NCBI RefSeq assembly: GCF_009914755.1
Contig: NC_060925.1
Origin: the human T2T-CHM13v2.0 reference genome, Homo sapiens
Direction: 5' to 3' (one strand)
Length of the DNA: 64,000 nucleotides
Shown here in pieces: positions 1-25,194 of this stretch. A program made the position numbers and the translations under genes. Below the pieces are notes generated by a model, which did no database searches, had not been told where the DNA came from, and saw only the letters and a program-made list of their open reading frames with translations. Within the stretch, counting starts at the first letter, position 1; each line of letters opens with the position of its first letter.

Positions 1-1587
1 CTACAGGAGCATGCTACTATACCCAGCTAATTTTTCTGAAGAGACAGGTTTCACCATGTTGCCCAGGCTAGTCTTGAACTCCCGAGCTCAAGCAATCCTC
101 CCACCTCATCCTCTCAGTATTTGGATTAACAGGCATGAGCCACTATGCCTGGCCAATCTCTGTCTTTCTAAAAAGGTAGCTCAGGCTACCACGTTTGACT
201 AGATAAATATAAACGAATGCATATCAAATGTTAAGATAAAGTTTTACACACAAAAAAATAGAATTCAGAAAGGTTATTTTCAAATCATAGCAAAGAAAAA
301 CTATTATAGAAAAAAACTAAAAATGGCTATGATTCTTAGCCATTAAAAATTATTATAAATACATAAAACGAACATGTCATTTAAAAAAGGCATTATGATT
401 ACATGTTTGTGTAACAATATGAAAAATACAGATGCTTAAAATTTTTCATTTAATGTAACAATATGTGACAATAAATGTATATATATGTACATGTATGGAT
501 ATGTACATGCACATACACTATGGAAAAGCACATTTATTAAAATAAAAATAAATTACAGGTTCACTATTGCTTGTATAGGAAACGTAAGATACAGAAAATA
601 ACCTAAACGTCAAGCAGGAAAAATAGGTGGTTTATTAAATTATGGTTCATAAGCACATTGCAAAACTGAATTCTCATACAGGAGATAGCATGACAGAGTA
701 GAAAGAGTGGTGACTTAGGGTAAGAATAAACTGTTCCTTGCCACTTAGAGTTATGTGTCATTGGGTCACTAATTCTTTCTGGGCCTGTTTCCTGGTCTGT
801 AAGATTAGGGATAACAATAGCTACTTCTTACGGCTGTTGTAAGGATTATAAGAATGCTTAGCATATGCCGGGCACAAGACAGGTCCTCAATAATGTGTAG
901 CTATTGTTAAGCAGTTCCTAAAAATAACTCAGAAGACCAAATGTAAAAATATTTACATAATAAGCTATTAAGCAAAAAAGGAAAATACAAAACAGTATTT
1001 ATCTTTACACAGACTACAGCTATGTAAAATAAATATTTTCAAGCTAACAGAAATAGTCTGGAAAGTCACATGGCAAAAAGAACAGTAATTTTGTTAAGGT
1101 CACTGGTATTACATAAAATACAAATTTTCCCCCAATTTTATTTCATATTGCAATGTAGTTTTTTTCTAAGTGAATAAAACTTTTGCTGTTCCTTAAATCA
1201 AGACACTTTTCCTTATCTAGAAATGAGTTAGGTGTTACACAGCAGAGCAATACATAGGGCAGACAACTCCACTTTCTCCATCAGTAACTCACTCATGTGT
1301 GGAGCCCAACACATTTTCTATACGATCATTTTTTTATATCAAGATGTTTGCTGCTTCAGTAATCAGGAAAGCCTGAAGTATCTGACATTTTGTTCAAGCT
1401 GTTGTTCCTTCTCTTCTGAGAAGGCACTGTTGAAATCTAGCTTTGTAACAACTAGGAGAGAATGCATTTTGCCAACCCCTCACAGAACTTGTGTGTTATT
1501 TCCAAACTTCCCCCTTGAGGCCTGTACACCTTGTTTGTGCAGGGCCAAAAAAGTATCCAGGATTTGCCACAAAAAAAATCTACAGCA

Positions 1588-8687
<7,100 letters not shown>

Positions 8688-9600
8688 AAAAGCAAGGATA
8701 TTTCATCCAAAGTAACAGCAAAGGAAACAATGAGGGATGGAAATACAGTACAACTTCTAGGTAAGGACAACACAGAAAGTTGAGTATCTGACAGTTACTC
8801 TTCTTACTATAAAGCAGAAGGTAAGGTCAAAGTCGTTAAGATCCCCAAGGAAGCCAAGAGGAAAGGAAGACAGAAGCTGTGCAGGCCCAAAATAATACAT
8901 TTCCTGGCACTTGTTATGTCCAGGAATTCTGCTAAGTGCTCTAATGAATCAGGCTCATTTAATCCCCACAATGGTATGTGGTAGATGCTACTGTTTTTTT
9001 TTTTTTTTTATCATTACCCCCTCACCATTCACACAAGAAAAAGAGGCTTAAAGAAGGTGCTTGAAGTCACAAAACTAGAAAATGGTGAAACTGGGATTAG
9101 AACCCAAGTCAATTACTTGAAAGTTTGAGCTACACTCTACTGCCATATGGTCTATTGCCTCTTTAATATCATTACCTTCTCTCATTCTTAGAGAAACTTA
9201 GAAAACTCTCTTTCCATAGTGTCAAAAAGAAAAACACAGTGAGAGATGAGGATACAGAATCACGAACTGATTCACTGCTCTCTTTAAACCAAGATGGTTA
9301 AAAAAAGATTTTGAATGTCTTTAAAAGGAAATGCACTCTTTATTTTTTACATAGTCCCCCTACAGAGACTTCACACTTCACATTAAGTGCCTGGTCCCTG
9401 ACAGCATTTATAAGATCTGCAATGCAAACTTTAATTTAGGAAGTCAATGAAGACAGGAGAAAAAGAAAATAAGTTCCAAGTTACTATTTTCCTTTCAGTT
9501 GGTATTAAGTGCAAAGCTACCACAATCTCAGAAGTTTGAAAAAATTCGTTTCTAAGTGCAGATAGATGAAATGGAAATATATCATAAACATCAAACATAC

Positions 9601-9723
9601 CTTGATATCATTGTCTATTCCACCAGAAATAATCTGATCACTTGTGTCATTGAAGGTCACAGCTAACACCTGGTACGTGTTCTGAAATGTCTGGATGGCT
9701 GCTTTCTTCCGGATGTCCCAAAG
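9601..9723 (-). CDS. SNRNP40: SNRNP40 exon 5 (LWDIRKKAAIQTFQ...GGIDNDIK); gene continues left of the window
   Basis: Acceptor gcttcag|CTT, donor AAG|GTATG; 123 nt; WD40; cumulative CDS 654 nt. Confidence 0.96.
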
Positions 9724-10693
9724 CTGAAGCAAAGGACAAGACAGTCCATCAGCAACATCATTCTAAGAAGCAATTGCACAGTACAAATATCCCTTAAGTA
9801 CGAGGACTTTGTGGACATGAACACATCTATAATTGGGATCCTATATCACTAACTCCTGGATATCCTAATAACACACATGGTAAGCAGTGTGCTCAATTTT
9901 GCCAAGACATTTGAAGGCTGGTGAAACAAAACTTCGGTTATATTTTCAGACTTCTTTGTTGAAGTGAACAGAGTTAAATCAACATACTCTTAGAATGGAA
10001 TTCCCCTAACTACTTAGTTCATATATTTTTTAGAACAACAAGGATATCAGACAATTTTTTCAAACCGTAGAGACTAATTCATTAGTAGGCTGCAACCCAC
10101 ATTTAAAAAAATAGAGGGTATGTCAGTGAAAATAGTATAATAAACAATGACAAAAGCTTGTCCCTCCACGAAAGCAGCAAATTAACCAGCAAAATCTGTC
10201 AGAATCAACTGTTGGAACTCTCAAAACTAATCAAAAGTTTATAGTAACCCGGCAAACCCTTAATGAGGAAAAAGGAAACAAAAAACTCCCTGAGTCCCAG
10301 TAAAAGGGCTTTGTAGTGTTTTAACTTGTGCTGGCTCTGTCTCCTGCTCAGCAACAGCTTTGAAGATAACCCATATTCCCAGTATGGTTTCCTAGTACTG
10401 AGGAAGCAAAGGGGGCCTATTTCTTATTGTCAAAGAATAAACAATAAAAATTGTTTATTTTTACCTGTCTGGTGGCTCTCTGAAGGATGAGCCCAAAGGA
10501 CTTACATTTATTTTGCCTAACTTGGAACTTCCCTTGAAAACATTTAAAGGAAAGGACATTATTAGCCTCTGGTTCCTGGGGGCAAGGAAAAACAGTTGGG
10601 GCAAAAATACAAACCAAAAACCTTGGGAGGAAGGGCTGGGGAAGGAGACAATTTGGGGAATAAGAGCTTCGAAAAGCACCGACATATTCCTGG

Positions 10694-11243
<550 letters not shown>

Positions 11244-11989
11244 TAGAAAAGATCTGAGAAGGCCGTAAGCTCTCTGGTTCACCTTCAGGCTCTGCACAAG
11301 CAGGAAGTGAAAGCTAAGGAGAGATGTAAACTGCATGGCAAGGAGTTGAAGGCAGGCTCCAACATACAAAAAGACAATCTGCAAAGACTGGGAGAATTTT
11401 TGTTCTTGTTGTTGTAGGTAATTTAGGAAACTTGTGTCATTCACTAGCTGACCACTAAGCTAACGAAAAAAAGAATTCAGTGGTCACACAGGACAAAGAA
11501 TACAAACTTTACAAAATTAGTTCAAAAATTCACTAAACAGGCCGGGCATGGTGGCTTACACCTGTAATCCCAGCATTTTGGGAGGCCGAGGTGGATGGAT
11601 CACTTGAGGTCAGGAGTTCAAGACCAGCGTGGCTAACATGGTAAAACCTTGTTTCTACTAAAAATACAAAAATTAGCTGGTCATGGTGGTGTGCCCCTGT
11701 AACCCCAGCTACTCAGGAAGCTGAGGTGCAAGAATCACTTGAACCCGGGGAGTGGAGGTTGCAGTGAGCCAAGATCGCACTACTGCACTCCAGCCTGGGC
11801 TACAGAGCGAGACTTCGTCTCAAAAACCAACCAACCAACCACTCTCACCTTACCCCAACCCACAGAAAGTCACTAAACAAACAACTACAATAAGCAGCTC
11901 TGGGGACCTAATTTCCAGAGTCACCACGCTATAATATTTAAATGCCTAGTTTTCAACAAAATATAAGGCATGCAAAGAAGCAAGTAACT

Positions 11990-12160
11990 ATGGTCCATAT
12001 AGAAGGAAAAAGTAGTCTTCTCAACAAATTGTGCTAAGACAACTGGCTAACCACATGCCAAAGAATGAAGGTAAGCCCCTGCCTAACATGATACACAAAA
12101 ATTAATTCAACATGGATCAAGGACCTAAATGTAAGAGCTAAAACTATAAAATTCTTAGAG
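11990..12160 (+). mobile_element. L1 ORF2 fragment
   Basis: gtcttctcaacaaattgtgct...aaaattaattcaacatggatcaaggacctaaatgtaagagctaaaactataaaa. Confidence 0.75.
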
Positions 12161-12278
12161 GGCCAGGTATGGTGGCTCATGCCTGTAACCCCAGCACTTT
12201 CGGAGGCCGAGGCCAGGAGGATGGCTTTAGCCCAGAGTTAGCGACCAGCCTGAGCAACATGGTGATTCCTCATCTCTA

Positions 12279-12440
<162 letters not shown>

Positions 12441-12549
12441 TCACTGCAACCTCTGCTTCCGTGTTCCAGCAATTCTCCTGCTTTAGCCTCCTGGATAGCT
12501 GGGATTACAGGCATGCGCCACCACGCCCAGCTAATTTTTGTATTTTTAG

Positions 12550-12714
<165 letters not shown>

Positions 12715-13349
12715 TAAAGCGTGGATAACACAGAGAGGGCTCAGAGATGTTTCAATAAATGAATGACACACTTGAGAAGATGAACCACAAGTAAATGATT
12801 TAAAAGTATGGGTCGTTTCATTCAGAAGAAAGAGACTTTGGGATGACTGTTCCAAGTTTTAAAGGGCTGGCATCAAAAAGAAAGGAATCAGCCATGGAAC
12901 TTTAGGGAAGGTCATAGGCTTAACTTCAATCCTGTAGTCAACAAGGAGAGTCTGAGTAGGATCTGTGCCAAGATGCCTCTTCCTCCCAATTCTCATGGTT
13001 TAGGATGAAAAGTAGTTTCTTCTTTGTTCATGTAAATACGAACTAAAAATTAGTTCATTACTCAGATAAATGGTCTAAAAAGAACGCTTCACTCCTCTCC
13101 TACATGCCCAACATCTCCTACTCCCCCAACTCCTGTGGTTACAGAATCAAGTCCAAACTTCTTAACCTGGAATTCAAGGCCTTAATAATTTAGATCCTAT
13201 ATATTTTATAAACTGTACTATAATCTTTGTCTCAATAGATACTTCACTCAGGTCAAATCTATCTTTGTCTTTCTCCTAAAAGTCATGGTAGTCAAAGTTT
13301 GTTTAAAATAATTTAGAATTTTAGTTCCAGATAACTACCACTTTTAATA

Positions 13350-15130
<1,781 letters not shown>

Positions 15131-15999
15131 TCATGAAAGGGAAATTTATATATATATGAGTACATACACACATACACGCAGTATTTCACTTAATTTTATT
15201 AGAAGAATGCACTTGATAAAAAGTTTGAAAACGATCTGTATGAATAATGCCCAGAATGCTTTTAGACTAAAAATGCAAGTGCTGTTGGAAACCTTTGCTT
15301 TCTGTTAAGAACTCTGACATGTAAAAAGCAACATGACTTTTTTTCCTCTTAAACTGAAGTTACTCAATTCCTGTACTTGCAACCTAGTAACAAAAATACA
15401 AGAACACAAAGCATTCCAACTTCACAAGTAACTGAAAAGTACATTGCAAAAAGCTGTTTAATGATGCCTTAAATATAAATATACTGACATTAAAAATAGG
15501 AGCTGGTTAAAAAGCAGTCATCTTTAGGTGATGTGACATACTGCTCATTAAAAAAAGTATTAACTTGAGTAATAAGGTAAAAATAACTATTCCAAATCAT
15601 GTTTAATTAAGGCAGAAGAGAAGCAAAAAACCAAAAGAAGGCAGACAGAAAGGACATATACTCTTTTTCTACTACCTAAATAGTTCCTAGATATTTATTA
15701 CAGCAGGCCCTCAATAATAATGTTAACAAAATTCACTGGGGCATTTCCACCTCTTACTATCTTCTGAAATGACAATTAGTAAATCAGCTACTGTTAAGAC
15801 TCTCCAACTACAGTGACATCTAGGTCAGAGCTCTGGTTTAGAAACCAATCTTAAACAACAGACTCTCCTCCCATCCAACCATCAAGGGGCCCCAAGTGAT
15901 TAGGTATAAGAAAACCACTCAGTAGAAAAACGTCTCAGCCAAGTGTGGTGGCTCACGCCTGTAATCCCAGCACTTTGGGAGGCCGAGGGGGGCGGATCA

Positions 16000-16272
<273 letters not shown>

Positions 16273-16275
16273 TCA

Positions 16276-16404
<129 letters not shown>

Positions 16405-17475
16405 TCATTAATTCATTTAAAAAGCAGTAAGAAGTATGGGGGTGTAGTTTCCCAGATGTACTCTTTTGAAGTCCCTCACTGTTTAACAATTAAAATATAA
16501 ACCAGAGCCCAAAATTCGTGTCAAAGAGAGAATCAAATGGTTGGTACTATGATGTACTGTGTCCTTGTGTGCCTCTGAGATAAATTATTATTTCTAGGCC
16601 TCAGTTTCCTTATTTATAAAATGAGGATGCTCAGTGAGATCAGTGGCTCCCAGAATGTGAGACTGGCTACACTGAATCACTTGAAGGACACATTAAAATA
16701 TCTGATTCCCATTGCAGATCCACTGAACCAGATTCTTTGGGTATTTTTAACAGGTTCTTCAGGTGATGATGATATAAAGATAGGCTGGCAACCATCTGAC
16801 TAAACGATGTTTAAGTTCCCATCTTGTGCCATACTAAAACTATTCACTGAACTTTTTATATATTGTCTATAATCTCAGAACAGCCTTTCTTTTTTTTTTT
16901 TTTGCTACCTCCCTGTTGGTGGAGATACTCATAACAGCCTTGAAAGACACGTATATTACTGTCACAGTTCTTTTTTTTGAGACAGAGTCTCGCTCTGTCG
17001 CCCAGGCTGGAGTGCAGTGGTGCGATCTCTGCAAGCTCCACCTCCCGGGTGCACACCATTCTCCTGCCTCAGCCTCCAAAGCAACTGGAACTACAGGTGC
17101 CCGCCATCACGCCCGGCTTATTTTTTGTATTTTTAGTAGAGACGGGGTTTCACCGTGTTAGCCAGGATGGTCTTGATCTCTTGACCTCGTGATCCACCCG
17201 CCTCGGCCTCCCAAAGTGCTGGGATTACAGGCGTAAGCCACAGCACCCGGCCTATTTCAAGTAACAATTTATTCTATGGTTCTATTATTATTCTGTAGGG
17301 TAATTAAAACTTGTATTAAATGTTTTATTTTAAATGGGGAAAAATTTCAAGTGTGTTATGGGAAATGACTGCTAAAATTAAGTTTTGCACAGGAAGCTAG
17401 AGTACAAGTGGCAAGGCAAGATAAGGTTCACATCACATCACCTCAGAAACTGGAACACGGAGAGACAATACCCAC

Positions 17476-17641
17476 CTTAACTGTGCCATCGTCACTGCCA
17501 GTGCAGACAAGCTGAGGGCCTCTCCTGGCTGGATAACAGGAATTCACAAAGGAAGTATGTCCCTTTAGCCTTTTAACCCTCTCACCTGTTTCACTATCCC
17601 ACACAGCCACGGTTTTATCTGTGGATGCTGAGAAAAGCATA
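17476..17641 (-). CDS. SNRNP40: SNRNP40 exon 4 (SMLFSASTDKTVAVWD...GSDDGTVK)
   Basis: Acceptor ctttctag|T, donor AAG|GTGGG; 166 nt; WD40 repeats; cumulative CDS 531 nt, in phase. Confidence 0.96.
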
Positions 17642-18398
17642 CTAGAAAGTAAGAGAAAGAATAAAAAAGAAATAAGTGAAGATAAACAGTAACAATCTAT
17701 CTTTCCTACTTGACAAAAGGTGCCAAATTTTTCAAGATCACTGACCTGTTGTGCTACGCCAGTTTGCCCATGATGCTGGAATGCCTCACCCTACCAAAAT
17801 CCTATTTGTCCTCTAGGCCCAGATGGCCCAGATAAAAGATCTACCCCTGTGAAGTTTAAAAAATTCCCCTTCTTTGAGTCCCCATGACATACATCTAATG
17901 TAGCAGTTTGCTCTATCTTTTCCTCTTTTGTGATAGCTAACATTTTAAACATAAGACACCCTCTCACTTGGAAATGTTTAATAACTCCCTGGTGCTGCAG
18001 AGATCAGACAGACTGTGGTACCGACCTGACAGCTGAGTGACTCCAATCTTTTCTCTTTACCAAAGTTTTTCTTTTGTCTCTGAGGACAATTTCTTTCTTT
18101 CATTTTTTTTTTGAGATGAGATCTTGCTCTGTCACCCGGGTTGGAATCATGGCTCACTGCAGCCTCGACCTCCTGGGCTCAAGTGATCCTCCCACCTCAG
18201 CCTCCTGAGTAGCTGGGACCACAGGTCTGTGCCACCATGCTCAGTTAATTTTTAAAAATCATTTGTAGAGGCAAGGTCTCACTATGTTGCCCAGGCTGGT
18301 CTTGAACTGGGCTCAAGCAATCTTCCTGCCTCAGCCTCCTACAGTGCTAGGGTTATAGGCGTAAGCAACCACGCCCAGCCTCTGAGGATGATTTCTAA

Positions 18399-18599
<201 letters not shown>

Positions 18600-18993
18600 T
18601 GATGGAGCACCCTAAGATTTTAGAGGTCAGAAATGTAAAACAATGAATGTTTACCAGACTACCTAACAATGTAATTACTTTTGTATAGCCAGATTTCTAT
18701 ATTATCTATAATATATTCTAAAATAATATAGTCATTAAAATGACGTTTATGACATCAGATGTTGGCTGAGCAATGTTAAGAGAAAAAAGGAGCAAATAAG
18801 ATTGTACACACAGTTCTGGCCAGGTGCGGTGGCTCACACTTGTAATCCCAGCATTTTGGGAGGCCAAGGCGGGCGGATCACAAGGTCAGGAGATCGAGAC
18901 CATCCTGGCTAACACGGTGAAACCCCATCTCTATTAAAAATACAAAAAAATTAGCCGGGCATGGTGGCGGGCACCTGTAATCCCAGCTACTCA

Positions 18994-19608
<615 letters not shown>

Positions 19609-20134
19609 TTATAATAGAAATAGCTGATTTCAGGCCAGGCATGGTGGTTAATTATTGTAATCACAGCATTTTTGGGAGGCTGAGGCAGGTGGACTGCTTG
19701 AGCTCAGGAGCAATATAGCAAGACCATGTCTCCACAAATGATTTTTAAAAATTAGCTGGGCATGGAGGCGTGGGCTTGTGGCCCCAGCTATTTGGGAGGC
19801 TGAAGTGGGAGGATCCCTCGAGCAAGAGGTTGAGGCTGCAGTGAGCCATGTTTGTGTCACTGCACTCCAGCCTACATATAAAAATCACATTTATTTTATG
19901 TCTTAAAAAAAGAAAAATTTGTCTGGGTTGTTGAAATGACCGATGTAACATCTTTATATTTGCATACACAGACTATAAACACCTCACTTGGGGTGACAGT
20001 GATAAATCGGATACTAAAGTAGCTACCCAAAATTAGTAGTTTTTGATAGCAGGGTCTCCTGAGAAAGGATGAAAGGTGAAAGGACGCCAAGAATTAGTAT
20101 GAGAAGCTGTCCTTCCATTATGCAGAATACTCAC

Positions 20135-20228
20135 CTGCCATCTGTGTTGTAATGCAATTCCATCACTGCTCCACTGTGTCCCTTCAGTGTGGCATAGTTA
20201 TCACAGTCACCATAGACATTCCACAGTA
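20135..20228 (-). CDS. SNRNP40: SNRNP40 exon 3 ([31 protein letters not shown])
   Basis: Acceptor ctaacag|TA, donor AG|GTGAGT; 94 nt; peptide visible at the end of ORF 20131..20415. Confidence 0.96.
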
Positions 20229-20462
20229 CTGTTAGGGAGATGGGTTCTGTGAGCATTACTAGGCAAAGGGTACTTATAAATTTATCAGAACAACAGTTCT
20301 CAGGCCAGGCACGGTGGCTCACACCTGTAATCCCAGCACTTTGGGAGGCCGAGACGGGTGGATCACTTGAGGTCAGGAGTTCGAGACCAGCGTGGCTGAT
20401 ACGGCGAAACCCCATCTTTAATAAAAATAAAAAAATCAGCCAGGTGTAGTGGCAGACGCCTA

Positions 20463-20582
<120 letters not shown>

Positions 20583-21440
20583 CTAAAAAGCCAACCGACC
20601 AACCAAACAAAAAAAACTATGTAGTTTGTCTGATGAAATTAAGCCTATCAATAATTCATATATCTTCTGCAAAGATCCCTAAGCAATCCAGACGTTTGGC
20701 CACTAGTAAGCTTAAGGATCATAGAGCCGGAACATCCAAATCAAAATGGGCAGTGAAGACGGGTATCATCCACCCGGCACCGAGGAAAAGAGTTAACAGA
20801 AAAGAGCCAAATAACTCATTTCATCTCATAATCTGGCAAGAAAGTAGCAACAGAAGCATCTGATTTTTTTTCCTTCTGGCTTCATTTGCTGGAGTATAAA
20901 TAAAACGACTTTTTCTACTTACTTCTCAAAAATGGGTATGAGAAATTCTTATTTCTCAAAAATGGAAATCTGGTAGTAGATCCTAATGATGTACAGGTAG
21001 ATTATTTAAGGGAGTTACCACTTTAGGATTCCTTCCTTCCCATATGCTAGCTAGGATTCCGGGTGTGAATTAAGAGGACCTTATACCTTTGGGAAAATAA
21101 AAGTTATTTCTCTCCTCATTACTGCCATTAACCTGTTATGTCTAGATTGCTAAGTGCCTTGGTAAATTAGCTGGAGATTTGCCTCTATGAGGAAGACATT
21201 CTCAAACCAGAACAACTCACTTTCCAACTAGTAAAATAATGGCTTCTGTATTTACCCCATGGACTCCAAGTTCTACACCCAAGATCATTCAGCATGTTCA
21301 TGCCCCAATTTTAGCATATTAGCCATGCAGCCTGTTATGTTGCCAACATAGAGTGATACCTTCTGTGGCACCCAAGATTTAAAAAAAAAAATCACTATCT
21401 GGCAGGAAAAATTATTCCAGATTCAAAAACTATGCCTCAC

Positions 21441-21570
21441 ATATCAGTCGGTCAAATCCTGCAGATGCTAAGGTGGATCCGTTGGGGTGGAACTTGCAGC
21501 AGTAGACTTCCCCTTCATGTCCAGAGAGCAGCATGATTGGGGCTTGAAGGGAGGAACATCTTGGAGGTCC
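21441..21570 (-). CDS. SNRNP40: SNRNP40 exon 2 (GPPRCSSLQAPIMLLSGHEGEVYCCKFHPNGSTLASAGFDRLI)
   Basis: Acceptor ttttgtttag|GGA, donor T|GTGAG; 130 nt; first WD40 repeat (GH dipeptide); phase matches exons 1 and 3. Confidence 0.96.
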
Positions 21571-22863
21571 CTAAACAAAAGAGAAGCACAAGGTAACTAC
21601 TGCATACAGACAAAGGAGGCTACAAAATTAGGGGGTGGGGAGTGGAGGGAAAAGACCAAGAAAACAATGATTAAGTGGGTTTCATCTGACTTACAGAATG
21701 GTAGCTCTTCTCATATGAATGCCTCCAACTTGACACTCTCTGAAACTTTCCATTATCTACCTGTTATAATGACTCTCTTGTTCACTCTCTCAGCTCTTGT
21801 TGTACGACCAACTTTTTTTTGGAGATAGGGTCTCACTCTGTCACCTAGGCTGGACTGCAGTAGTGTGATCATGGTTCACTGCAGCTTCAAACTCCTTGGC
21901 TCAAGTGATCCTCCTGCCTCAGCCTCCTGAGTAGCCAGGACTACAGGCATGAACTAGCATGCCATGCTAATTTTTTTAGTTTTTGTGGAGATGAGGTCTT
22001 GCTACGTTGCCTAGGCTGGTCTCAAAATCCTGGCCTCCCTCCTTGGCCTCCCAAAGCACTAAGATTATAGGAATGAGCCACCACATTTGGCCTGGCTCAT
22101 TTAACAAATGATGGAACTGACTTTCCCAACAACTCTGCTTGGTATGGAGTACTGGGTGAAATAGTTTTGTTTTATTTTTAATTTTTTTTGTGTGTTTTGA
22201 GACAGAGTTTTGCTCTGTCACCCAGGCTGGAGTGCAGTGGTGTGATCTCGGCTCACTGCAACCTATGCTTTCTGGGTTCAAGGGATCTGGTGCCTCAGCC
22301 TCCCGAGCAGCCAAGATTACAGGCATGCACAACCACGCCCGGCTAATTTTTGTATTTTTAGTAGAGATGGGGTTTCACCATGTTGGCCAGGCTGGTCTCA
22401 AACTCCTGGCCTCATGTGATCTGCCTGCCTTGGCCTCCCAGAGTGCTGGGATTATAGGCATGAGCCACTGCACCTGGCCTATTTTTATTTCTTATTTTTT
22501 CATAGCAAACGGATCCTCAGCATGGGTGAAGTAGTTTTGATTATGGTCTTGGACACCAAGATGACACTTGGGCAATTCATCTAAACATGGGCTGATATGC
22601 TCACTTGTCAAATGGGAGAAGTATACTACCCATAATCCCCAAATCTCTTCAGTACTTCCCAGCATTTTCATATTTATTTATTTATTTATTTATTTTTTGG
22701 GGAAGGAGTCTTGCTCTGTTGCCCAGGCTGGAGTACAATGGCGTGATCTCGTCTCATCGCAAACTCCGCCTCCTGGGTTCAAGCGATTCTCCTGCATCAG
22801 CCTCCCGAGTGGCTGGGATTACAGGCACCCACCACCAAGCCCGGCCAGATTCATTTAGTTTTA

Positions 22864-23439
<576 letters not shown>

Positions 23440-24832
23440 TTAGATGTGGTGGTGTGTGTCTGTGGTCCCAGCTACTCAGGAGGCTGAGGCAGGAGGATCA
23501 CTTGAGCCCAGGTGGTGGAGGCTGTACTGAGCCAGTGGTCAACACAGAGAGATTGTCTAAAAACAAAAAAACAAAAAAAGAGAGAGAGAGAAGCAATGTG
23601 GGTTCCACAGTATGTGGTACTGCAATTTAAAATAGGGTGGTCAGGAAAATCCTCACTGAAAAAATTACATTTGGGCAAATATTCGCAGGAGCTGAATAGT
23701 AAACCATGTAAACATTTGTGAAGAGCAATCCCACAGAGAGGACAGCAAATGCAAAGGTCCTGAAGCAGAGGCTTGGAAGAGAGAGTAACTGAAGCCAGGT
23801 GAGCAATAAGAAATTGGTCAGAGAGGTAAAGGGAAAGAGGGCAAATAATTACAAGAATTTTGGTTTTTACTCTGGATGAAGTACAAAGCCACCAGAAAGT
23901 TTTCTGCAGAGTGTAATGTGATCTGATGTTTAGAAGGATTCCTTTGGTTATTGGCTTGGTAACAGGTGCTGATACAAAGGTAGAAAGTGGAAGACCAGTT
24001 AGGGTCCCACTACAAAAATGCCAGATGAGATAATAATGGCTTAGGCCATGAGGCAATGATGGAGATGGTAGAAGTAGCAATTCTAGACCTATTTTGAGGA
24101 CGGTGCCAGCAGGATTTATTGAGGAGATGTGAGGACACTCGTATTTCCTCGTCTGAGCCTAAACAGGACATTAGAAGTGTGATCACTATTTCTATCTTAC
24201 AAAAAATGTAGTTAGGAGCATGGTTTCTCAGTTCGAAATCTGCTTCTATCACGTACTTGGTAAGTCTGTTTTTCCATCTGCAAAATGGGTTAATAACGTT
24301 CCTAACAGGCTGCTACCAAGATCAATGGAAATTTCATATACGAAACACTTTAGTACAAGAGTCAATGAATGTTAGCTGCTATTTAGTTGTTAATAATACT
24401 AGTGCAGAGAAATAAAGGGAAAAGCAACTTGCCCAAAGTCCCAAAACGAGCCAACACAAATCATTTCCCTTTTTTCTTCCCTCCCTCATTCATTCATTCT
24501 ACACACTCTTCGGAATTTTTGTTCTATGCCAGATCCATGTTAGAGTCAGGATGCTTAAACCCGGGTCAGGGTTTTGAGCCCAAGGTCCTCAACTCTAATT
24601 CTAATGCTATCTCAGGGCAGTCGAGAGGCTGAAAACGGGCGCCAAACGGGGGAACACGTACGCAGCATTCGCAGGCTATGGGGAGCTTTTACAGTGTTTA
24701 TGTGCTTTAACTCTGCGTAGAAACTCTCGTTCTGCCCCCGCAATGCGGGAAAGGGTCAGGGATCACCAGATACAGCGCTCTGAGGGGAGGAAGATGAGCT
24801 GAGGGCCAAAGGCCGCCTGCTTCTTCACTTAC

Positions 24833-24973
24833 CGCTTGCAGCAAGGCTCCCGGCGTCGCCTGCTGCTGCCCGGCTCCTGGGCCAGACCCCGCTCCCAACA
24901 GCAACTCATGCCGCTGCCGCTTGACTGGAACCAGCGGCAACTCTGGGCCCTTACGCTTCTGCTGTTCTATCAT
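24833..24973 (-). CDS. SNRNP40: SNRNP40 coding exon 1 (aa 1-47, MIEQQKRKGPEL...GALLQA)
   Basis: ATG at 24973 in GCCGCCATG Kozak context; 141 nt; donor GCG|GTAAG at 24832; peptide matches the U5-40K N-terminus. Confidence 0.97.
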
Positions 24974-25034
24974 GGCGGCAACCGGTCTCTTCAGCGCCGC
25001 CACTGACCGCGCTGCCGCTCTCAGGCGCCACGCA

Positions 25035-25180
25035 ATTGGTTCCAAATTAGTCCTTCCTCCACAACTTCCAGCTTGGAAGAACCAATCGGCTTTCAATATT
25101 TCCATTTGCACCGCCCTCGGATAGTCTCTTGTTATTGGGCATATCTTTCTGACGTCATGAGAGTGCGATACCAGGATTGG
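25035..25180. promoter_or_regulatory. Cluster of four CCAAT (NF-Y-type) boxes
   Basis: ATTGG 25035-25039, CCAAT 25082-25086, ATTGG 25134-25138, ATTGG 25176-25180. Confidence 0.7.
25150..25157. promoter_or_regulatory. Perfect palindromic CRE (TGACGTCA), CREB/ATF site
   Basis: Exact consensus between the two divergent first exons. Confidence 0.8.
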
Positions 25181-25194
25181 TGGACGGAGCTGGC

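Noticed and set aside
23472-24080. 202-aa minus-strand ORF
   Set aside because: Spans L2-like and Alu sequence; no recognisable domain or exon structure
24974-25111. In-frame upstream extension of the SNRNP40 ORF (MQMEILKADW...)
   Set aside because: Runs through the CCAAT-box core promoter, probably upstream of the TSS; the ATG at 24973 has an ideal Kozak context and matches the known N-terminus
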